A program made the position numbers and the translations under genes. 38,762 bases of DNA, taken from assembly GCA_012517265.1 (NCBI GenBank), contig JAAYVJ010000109.1, forward strand, positions 1-38,762, read 5' to 3'. The first letter of the stretch is position 1. Every line of letters starts with the position of its first letter. Positions 24,955-31,428 of this stretch are shown in pieces. A model generated the notes under the pieces. That model saw only the letters and a list, made by a program, of their open reading frames with translations. It was not told the DNA's origin and made no database searches. The DNA comes from Planctomycetota bacterium (GTDB taxonomy: Bacteria; Planctomycetota; Phycisphaerae; Sedimentisphaerales; Anaerobacaceae).

Positions 24955-27081
24955 TCAATTCACCCCGGTCCCGAGCGGTTCGGCGTTGGCCGCCAGCGGG
25001 GTCGGGACCGACGACACCTCCATGAAACCCGTTCCGTCCGGATACCGGGCACAGGACTGATCGCCCGCCAGGCGGTCGATCGTGACCGAGTCCAGGAGGA
25101 CGTGCCCGTTCGCGAGCGTGTCGAACAGCCAGATCGTCTCCCCTTGGGCCGAGAGCCTGAAGTTGGCGTGCAGCCCCGGCTCGTCTTGCCCGTCCTCATC
25201 GGCCCAGACCAGGAGGTACTGCCCCGGTCCCAGCACAGTCCCCTCGGGGAACTCCCACTTGAGCGGCTTGTCCGGACTGTCGCTCAGGTACATGCCGGCC
25301 AGGTCGACCGCCTGATCGCCGATGTTCTTCAGTTCGATCCAGTCGTCGTACTCGCCCTGGGGATCCACGATCACGGCCACGTTCTTGGCCATGACTTCGT
25401 TGATGACGATCCTGGAGAAGGCCGCGTGAGGATAGGTCACCAGATGGCTGTATACCTCGTGCTGGGCCCCTTGGGGGCTGTAGGCGACCGTCCCGGCCGA
25501 ATCGGCCGACGCGGCCTCGACGTAATACCGAAGCACCGTCCCCGGCGGGTAGTCGCCCAACGCCAGGGAGTAGACACGCTGCGAAACCCCGTCCAGGGTC
25601 TGCACGCCCTGATCGACCATGGGCTCAGGCGAGAACAAGGCGAACGGCCCCGGCGCGACGTACAACTGGACCCCGGAGACCGCCACGGCGGTTCCGAGCC
25701 GGGCGGTGACGAGTACGCTCTGCCCGGTCTTCGTCTCGGTCACTTCCTGATCGACCGAGTAGATGACCGGAGACTGCCGGTTGACCTCGGCGTTGGCCAG
25801 GAGCGACGCCCGGCGATTCTGGACGAAGCTCTTGAGAGCTGTCACGCCCGAGTCGAACGCCTGCGTCGTGTACAGCTTCTTCGTGTCGGCCTTGACCTCC
25901 GCCTCGATCAAGGCCCGGTAGGCGTCGATCCTGGCGTTGAGCAGGTCCGGCGTGAAGTAGTCGTTCAGGATCGTTCGGACGTGGGCGAGATACCGTTGGC
26001 GGTACTTCGGAATCGCCATCAGTCGGTACATGATCGGCACCGCCGAGTCGTCGGCCCTGTAGAAGATGGACCAGTTGGCCGTACTCATGGACTCGTTGCC
26101 GTCATATTGCATCAGATGCATCTGGCCGGTCTCCGGCTCGTAGTAGAGGCCGTAGTCGCTGCCCCGCTTGTTGACGTAGCCGTCGTCGTCCTCGAAGATG
26201 ATCTCAAAGGCGCAGAGCCACAGGGCCCCATCGACGTCCAGCACGGATTCCACCTTGTCGGCCAACTGCGCCAGAGGCGTGTTGTTCAGGACGTCGCAGG
26301 TGTGGATCAGGCTCGTCCACGGGTCCGCCTGATGAGTGCTCTTGAGCTCATAGGCCGACTGGTAGGCGGCCACGTTCGTGCCCTGCCAGGTCAACGCCGC
26401 GACCCCTGCGGTCACGCCCCCGCCCCCTTCGGCCATGCCCACCTCGCCGGCCGACCGCCGGATGGGAGTCACGCCGCCCCCCCCGGGGGTGGCCCCGCCG
26501 CCGGTGTTGCCCCCGCCCATGGCTCCCATCCCGTCGCCTCGCCATTGCGTGCCCTTGTTGCTCGGGAACCAGTCATTGAGGAACTGGGCGTTGAGCTGCT
26601 GAACGTTGGCGTAGACGCCCCAGTTCTCGCCGTTGATCACGAGCCTGACGAAATTGGCCTTGGCGCTGGGAACCTGCCGGCGGCAGGTGTTCGAATAGAG
26701 CACCTCCCGCATGAACGTCGCGTCGTTGTTGCAGTTGAGCAGGTTGAGCGTCTTGTACCCCATCAGACGCTGATCCGGGAGAGTATAGTCGATGGAGATG
26801 TTGAATGACTTCTTCTGGGAGTTGGCCGTCATCTGATACGAGGTGTTGCCCCGGAAACGCACGCCGACCCCTTCATACACCACGCCGTCCACCGTCAGCG
26901 TGGCCGCGATGTCCGTCTTGCTCTGATAGTTGCTCGTCAGAAGGGCGTACCAGTTCGTCTGCGCGAACTTCAGTTCCAGGACGGGCATCACGCCTTCGTC
27001 ATACAGGTCAACCCCGCAGGCCTCGCAAGAGCCCCACAACACTGTCGCTGCAGACAGTACAACCAGCCACTTCGTCGTCAT
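24955..27081 (-). CDS. secreted CotH-family atypical kinase with a C-terminal lamin-tail domain
   Basis: The ATG at 27081 is preceded by GAGGAGG and starts MTTKWLVVLSAATVLWGS (signal peptide). CotH-like segments are KKSFNISIDY, YKTLNLLNCNNDATFMREVLY, FVRLVINGENWGVYANVQQLN and GSDYGLYYE. The C-terminal LTD pattern is INEVMAKN...DDWIELKNIG...DLAGMYLSD. Confidence 0.85.
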   Translation of the reverse strand: MTTKWLVVLSAATVLWGSCEACGVDLYDEGVMPVLELKFAQTNWYALLTSNYQSKTDIAATLTVDGVVYEGVGVRFRGNTSYQMTANSQKKSFNISIDYTLPDQRLMGYKTLNLLNCNNDATFMREVLYSNTCRRQVPSAKANFVRLVINGENWGVYANVQQLNAQFLNDWFPSNKGTQWRGDGMGAMGGGNTGGGATPGGGGVTPIRRSAGEVGMAEGGGGVTAGVAALTWQGTNVAAYQSAYELKSTHQADPWTSLIHTCDVLNNTPLAQLADKVESVLDVDGALWLCAFEIIFEDDDGYVNKRGSDYGLYYEPETGQMHLMQYDGNESMSTANWSIFYRADDSAVPIMYRLMAIPKYRQRYLAHVRTILNDYFTPDLLNARIDAYRALIEAEVKADTKKLYTTQAFDSGVTALKSFVQNRRASLLANAEVNRQSPVIYSVDQEVTETKTGQSVLVTARLGTAVAVSGVQLYVAPGPFALFSPEPMVDQGVQTLDGVSQRVYSLALGDYPPGTVLRYYVEAASADSAGTVAYSPQGAQHEVYSHLVTYPHAAFSRIVINEVMAKNVAVIVDPQGEYDDWIELKNIGDQAVDLAGMYLSDSPDKPLKWEFPEGTVLGPGQYLLVWADEDGQDEPGLHANFRLSAQGETIWLFDTLANGHVLLDSVTIDRLAGDQSCARYPDGTGFMEVSSVPTPLAANAEPLGTGVN

Positions 27082-27170
27082 CTTGTACCTCCTCAATGGC
27101 CGCGCCGCCATTTCACACAATAGGTGTGCGCAACGACAGAATGGTTACAAAAACCCCCCCCGATCGAAGG

Positions 27171-27701
27171 TCATTGGCTGCCGCAATGCAGCAAGAAGGC
27201 CGCGAGAGACTTCGCGTGCCGGCGAAAGTCCTCCGCAGCCAGAGTCACGGTGCGCCACCTGCGGCTGCGGTCTCTCATGCGCTGGGCGTAATCCTCCAGC
27301 CGCAGACAGAAGAACATGTACCGATCCGGGCCCAGCACGAGCGGCTCATGCCCGTCCAGATCCACGTCCGCCTGCATGATCCGGTATGAGAAGACGAAGA
27401 CCGCTTCGTGATCCGGTCCCAAAGCCCTCTTCCACATCCGCAGGCTTTTCACGTCGTCCCGGGGCACCCAGCATTCTAGGCCGGTCAAACCCGCGAGCGT
27501 CGCGCCGGCGAACGTGCGGCCCTTGACCTCGACAAGGATCTTTCGGCCCGATTCGGGGCGCAGTAGAAAGTCGAAGTTCTTGATTGATCCGGCCGCGGGT
27601 CCAAGTCGATGATGCTCCTCCCAGTGGACGTACGGAATCTGGTGATCGATCAGCCAGTTCTCGAACGCCTGCTCATAGTGATTGAGAGAGGAGTCTCGCA
27701 T
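27171..27701 (-). CDS. HYExAFE-family protein (predicted PD-(D/E)xK nuclease-like fold)
   Basis: 176 aa. The N-terminal NHYEQAFENWL matches the family-defining HYExAFE motif. FDFLL...ILVEVKGR resembles a D...ExK restriction-endonuclease-like core. Confidence 0.7.
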   Translation of the reverse strand: MRDSSLNHYEQAFENWLIDHQIPYVHWEEHHRLGPAAGSIKNFDFLLRPESGRKILVEVKGRTFAGATLAGLTGLECWVPRDDVKSLRMWKRALGPDHEAVFVFSYRIMQADVDLDGHEPLVLGPDRYMFFCLRLEDYAQRMRDRSRRWRTVTLAAEDFRRHAKSLAAFLLHCGSQ

Positions 27702-27759
27702 TCTCCCGGCACCTCGTCTGGGAGCTGGCGGTCGAAAACCAATCGCATCAGGAGTCCGC

Positions 27760-29052
27760 TCAAGAGTTCAAGCGAGCCAGGAACTGCTCCAAATTCACGG
27801 TCTCCTGGGCGCCGCCAGCCATGTCCTTGACCACCACCTCCCGGTGGTCCTTGTACTCCTGGCCTATGATGACGCACTTGCGCGCATTCTGCCCGGCGGC
27901 CTCTTTGAGCTGCTTGGAGAGCCCGCCCTGCTTATAGCTGAAATTGGCCGATCGCCCCTGGGAGCGGATTCGAGCCGTAACCTCGTACATGGCGTCCGCG
28001 AACTGCGGGGCCGCCAGCGCGACGAAATAATCCAGGCCCCGCTTGGGCATCTGCGAGGCGAGCAGGCCCCGCTGCTCCAGCAGAATCTCCAGGACGCAGT
28101 CGCCCATGCCCATGCCGGTGGCCGCGATGGCCGGGCCCCCGAAATCGCGAAGCAGGTTGTCGTAGCGGCCGCCGCCGCAGATGGCACGCAGCTCGCCCGC
28201 GATGTCGTGCACCTCGAATACGATGCCTGTGTAATAAGCAAGACCCCGCACGATGCCGGGGTCGAAACCGCAGAACTCCGCCACGCCCATGGCCTTGAGA
28301 ACCGACAGAACGCTTCGAAGCTCGTCGAGCGCCTTGGTCAGAGCCTCGGTGGGCTGTGTGATCGCTGCAACGCCCTCCACCGACTCGAGGGCCATGAACT
28401 GGTGGATCTTCCCGGCCTGGTCCTTGTCCGGGACCTGCTCGGCCAGCAAGGCCTGGAACGTCTCCGGCGGCAGCTTGGCCTTCTTGTCCAGGACGGCATA
28501 GATGGGGTCCAGCCGCTCGGCGGGGATTCCGATGCTGGTCAGAACTGCCGCCAGAAGCCTTCGACTGGAGATCTTGGCGCGGACGTCCTTGCTGGTCAGG
28601 CCAACCGTCCTCAGGTAGTCGATCGTGGTGAAGATGATCTCGGCGTCGGCGTCGGCCCGGTCCTCCCCGATGATGTCGACGTTCCACTGGAAGAACTCGC
28701 GAAGGCGGCCCTTCTGGGGACGCTCCGCCCGGCACAGGCGGGGCACCGCGAACCACTTGATCGGCCGGGGAAGCGAGTGGATCTGCTGGTTGACCATGCG
28801 GGCCAGCGTCGGCGTGATCTCCGGCCGGATCGCCAGATCCCGCCCGCCGCGGTCCTGCAGGGAGAAGAGCTGCTCGACGATCTCCTGGCCGCTCTTGATC
28901 TGGTACATCTGGAGGTGCTCGAAGATCGGGCCGTCGTACTCCTCGAACCCGTTCCGCAGGGAGACCTTCTTCCAGCCGTCGATGATCCAGTTGCGCCGAG
29001 CCATTTGCTCCGGGTAGAAATCCCTCGTTCCTTTGACCGGCGGTATCTTCAT
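27760..29052 (-). CDS. hisS: histidine--tRNA ligase
   Basis: The internal ATG at 29052 gives MKIPPVKGTRDFYPEQM. Class II motifs are present, including FRYERPQKGRLREF-like (AERPQKGRLREFFQ) and GGGRYDNL, plus a C-terminal anticodon-binding domain. The upstream 124 codons of the track ORF are a shadow over the ykgJ-like gene. Confidence 0.95.
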   Translation of the reverse strand: MKIPPVKGTRDFYPEQMARRNWIIDGWKKVSLRNGFEEYDGPIFEHLQMYQIKSGQEIVEQLFSLQDRGGRDLAIRPEITPTLARMVNQQIHSLPRPIKWFAVPRLCRAERPQKGRLREFFQWNVDIIGEDRADADAEIIFTTIDYLRTVGLTSKDVRAKISSRRLLAAVLTSIGIPAERLDPIYAVLDKKAKLPPETFQALLAEQVPDKDQAGKIHQFMALESVEGVAAITQPTEALTKALDELRSVLSVLKAMGVAEFCGFDPGIVRGLAYYTGIVFEVHDIAGELRAICGGGRYDNLLRDFGGPAIAATGMGMGDCVLEILLEQRGLLASQMPKRGLDYFVALAAPQFADAMYEVTARIRSQGRSANFSYKQGGLSKQLKEAAGQNARKCVIIGQEYKDHREVVVKDMAGGAQETVNLEQFLARLNS

Positions 29053-29450
29053 GACTTGCGTCCCTTTGTATTGCGAATCTTCTCTTTCTCCGTGGCGTTG
29101 TTGTCGAACTTCACTCGGATATACTCCTCCATCTGCCTGTCGTCGGTGAAATGCAACTCGTAGTCGTAGTCGCCCTCGATGAAATCGCAGTCGGCGTGCT
29201 TGTACTTTCGGCAGATGGTCGGCCGGCGATCGTAGATGAGGCACTTGTGCGTCTTCTCCGACAGGTGGCGGCACTTGTTCTTGACGCTCAGGTACCAGTC
29301 GCCCTTCTCGACGAAGACGGAAATGTCCCGGTGGCACAGATACCATCGAATGTCGTCGTAGTCTTCCCGCGTCTCCGGCGTATCGAGCGGGAGCGCAAAA
29401 TACCGACAGCACATCCCTGTGCACCTATCACACTGGCTCTTCTGGGCCAT
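29049..29450 (-). CDS. YkgJ-family Cys-cluster (zinc/iron-chelating) protein
   Basis: 133 aa. Contains CDRCTGMCC near the N-terminus and CRHL...HKCLIYDRRPTICRKY, typical of the CxxCxxCC/YkgJ family. The stop overlaps the hisS ATG (ATGA). Confidence 0.8.
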   Translation of the reverse strand: MAQKSQCDRCTGMCCRYFALPLDTPETREDYDDIRWYLCHRDISVFVEKGDWYLSVKNKCRHLSEKTHKCLIYDRRPTICRKYKHADCDFIEGDYDYELHFTDDRQMEEYIRVKFDNNATEKEKIRNTKGRKS

Positions 29451-29492
29451 CCATATCCTTTGCAGAGAATCACAGTTGTCTTGGGACTACAG

Positions 29493-29521
29493 ACTATATG
29501 CCCCCGGCCCGGCGTAGTCAA
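29493..29521 (-). promoter_or_regulatory. sigma70-type promoter for ykgJ-hisS
   Basis: The minus strand reads TTGACT (29521-29516), a 17-nt spacer, then TATAGT (29498-29493). It lies about 40 nt upstream of the ATG at 29450, which has an AAGGA SD. Confidence 0.55.
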
Positions 29522-29730
29522 GGCAGGCACGAAGGGCGGCCCAGGCCCTCTTCACGCGTCGTTTCCCCCTCCGACCATGCCTTCCAGCCCCCTTTGCCCC
29601 AGAAAAGTCGCCGCACCGGGCCGGACCGGCGAGCATCGTAAATGCCTGTGTAGCAGAGAGTAACGCGGGCTTCGGCCGCCCGGAGACGTCGCCATCCGAA
29701 CAATTTTTCAAGAAAATCCACGGAAAGCTG

Positions 29731-29759
29731 TTGACGCCCGCGTTCGCGACGGATACTAT
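29731..29759 (+). promoter_or_regulatory. sigma70-type promoter upstream of a terminator-like hairpin and the PD40/CXXCH gene
   Basis: TTGACG (29731-29736), a 17-nt spacer, then TACTAT (29754-29759). Confidence 0.5.
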
Positions 29760-29781
29760 TACGGGCAGTTGATTTGACCAC

Positions 29782-29838
29782 AGGCCCCCGCATAGTCTCG
29801 CTTCCTCTCCCTCATCAAAAAGCGGGGGCTTCTTTTTT
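29782..29838 (+). terminator. intrinsic-terminator-like hairpin with a 30-nt CU-rich loop (leader attenuator or 3' end of a small RNA)
   Basis: The stem pairs GCCCCCGC (29784-29791) with GCGGGGGC (29822-29829) and extends by A-U and G-U pairs. The loop is AUAGUCUCGCUUCCUCUCCCUCAUCAAAAA. It is followed by TTCTTTTTT (29830-29838). Confidence 0.5.
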
Positions 29839-29865
29839 ACCTTGTGAGACCGCGTGGTGTGCAGG

Positions 29866-31404
29866 ATGACAACACGAATCGCCGGCCCGATCATCCCCCT
29901 GAATCTCCTCATCCTCCTGTTGTGCATCGCTTCGTGCAGCCCCCGTGCAATTGACAAGTACACGGAGGCCGGGGCCGATCCCAACCTCAGTCCCGACTAT
30001 CGCGACGCCGTCATCCCCCCCAATATCGCGCCGCTGAACTTCCGCATCCTCCAGGAAGGCGCCGCCTATTCGGTTACGATCCGCGCGGAGCAGGGGCAGC
30101 CGATCACCGTCTTCAGCCGGACGGGACAGATTCGAATCCCCCTTCGACCCTGGCGGGCCCTGCTCGACGCCAACAGAGGTCGCGACATCTTCTTCGACGT
30201 CTACGTCCAGGGCCGCGACGGCCACTGGCGACGCTACCGGCCTCTGGTCAACACGATCGCCCCCGAGCCCATCGACTCGACCCTCGTGTTCCGATTCATG
30301 AAACCGCTCTACAGTTGGTGGAAGGACATCGGCATTTATCAGAGGGACCTGACCTCCTTCGACCGGTCGGTCGTCCTGAGGGGCCGCTCCTTCGGGGAAG
30401 GGTGTCTCAACTGCCACAGCTTCGTGGGCAACAGCCCCGACACGATGACAATCGCCCTGCGAAGCGCGACCTACGGCAGCCACACGCTCATGGCCCACGA
30501 CGGCCGGGTCGAGAAGATCGGCGCCAAATGGGGCTACACCGCCTGGCACCCCAGCGGCACGGTCGCGGTCTATTCCATGAACAAGGTCACCCAGTTCTTC
30601 CAGGCCGGCGGCCTGGAGGTCCGCGACGTAGTGGACCTGGACGCGGCCCTGGTCTGCTACCGCCTGAAAGACGGCAAGACCGGCGCCGCGCCGGACCTGG
30701 CGGACAAGAACGTGCTCGAAACCTATCCCGCCTGGTCGCCCGACGGCAAGTGCCTTTACTACTGCGCCGCGCCGATCCTGTGGAAGGACCGCAACACCGT
30801 GCCGCCGGAGAACTACGACAAGGTCAAGTACGACCTGAAGCGGATCTCGTACGACGTCGAGACGGATCGCTGGGGACAAGCCGAGACCGTCCTTTCAGCC
30901 CAGGAAACCGGCATGAGCATCCTGCTGCCCAGGATCTCGCCCGACGGCCGCTTCCTGCTCTTCTGCATGTGCCGCTACGGCTGTTTTCCCATCTACCAGC
31001 CCAGCAGCGACCTGTACCTGATGGACTTGGCCACGAGACAATACCGCAAGCTGGAGATCAACAGCGAGTTCTCCGAGTCCTGGCACAGTTGGTCGAGCAA
31101 CAGCCGGTGGATCGCGTTCAGCAGCAAACGGCCGGGAGGCGTGTTCACGCGGACTTATTTCAGTTACGTCGACGAAGCGGGCGGGGTCCACAAGCCTTTC
31201 GTGCTGCCGCAGGAGGACCCGACCTGCTATGATTCGCTGCTGGAGACGTACAGCGTCCCGGAACTGGTGACAGGTCCCGTCGCGGCCAGCCCGACGAAAC
31301 TGGCCCTCGCCTCGCGCGCCAAGCCGGACACGTCGCCTCAGATCCCGATCACCGGCGCCACCCCGAAACCCGTCAAGCCCGGTCCGTGGCAGGAACGAGA
31401 GTGA
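29866..31404 (+). CDS. lipoprotein with one CXXCH heme-binding motif and a PD40/TolB-like beta-propeller
   Basis: The ATG at 29866 gives MTTRIAGPIIPLNLLILLLCIASC (lipobox). CLNCH is encoded at 30403-30417. PD40-like repeats are PAWSPDGKCLYY, PRISPDGRFLLF and SWSSNSRWIAFSS. A GTG at 29854 is the alternative start. Confidence 0.7.
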   Translation: MTTRIAGPIIPLNLLILLLCIASCSPRAIDKYTEAGADPNLSPDYRDAVIPPNIAPLNFRILQEGAAYSVTIRAEQGQPITVFSRTGQIRIPLRPWRALLDANRGRDIFFDVYVQGRDGHWRRYRPLVNTIAPEPIDSTLVFRFMKPLYSWWKDIGIYQRDLTSFDRSVVLRGRSFGEGCLNCHSFVGNSPDTMTIALRSATYGSHTLMAHDGRVEKIGAKWGYTAWHPSGTVAVYSMNKVTQFFQAGGLEVRDVVDLDAALVCYRLKDGKTGAAPDLADKNVLETYPAWSPDGKCLYYCAAPILWKDRNTVPPENYDKVKYDLKRISYDVETDRWGQAETVLSAQETGMSILLPRISPDGRFLLFCMCRYGCFPIYQPSSDLYLMDLATRQYRKLEINSEFSESWHSWSSNSRWIAFSSKRPGGVFTRTYFSYVDEAGGVHKPFVLPQEDPTCYDSLLETYSVPELVTGPVAASPTKLALASRAKPDTSPQIPITGATPKPVKPGPWQERE

Positions 31405-31428
31405 CGTCAGGAGCCCCAGGAACGAACG

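Noticed and set aside
26378-26602. Repetitive GGN/CCN DNA that could be mistaken for a tandem repeat or CRISPR-like array
   Set aside because: It is simply the coding sequence of the Gly-rich loop of CotH on the opposite strand. There are no regularly spaced identical repeats.
25102-26808. 568-aa plus-strand ORF
   Set aside because: It is an antisense shadow of the CotH gene.
29053-29424. N-terminal 124-codon extension of the hisS ORF
   Set aside because: It overlaps the YkgJ-like gene in another frame and is Arg-rich. HisRS homology begins at MKIPPVKGTRDFYP (the ATG at 29052).
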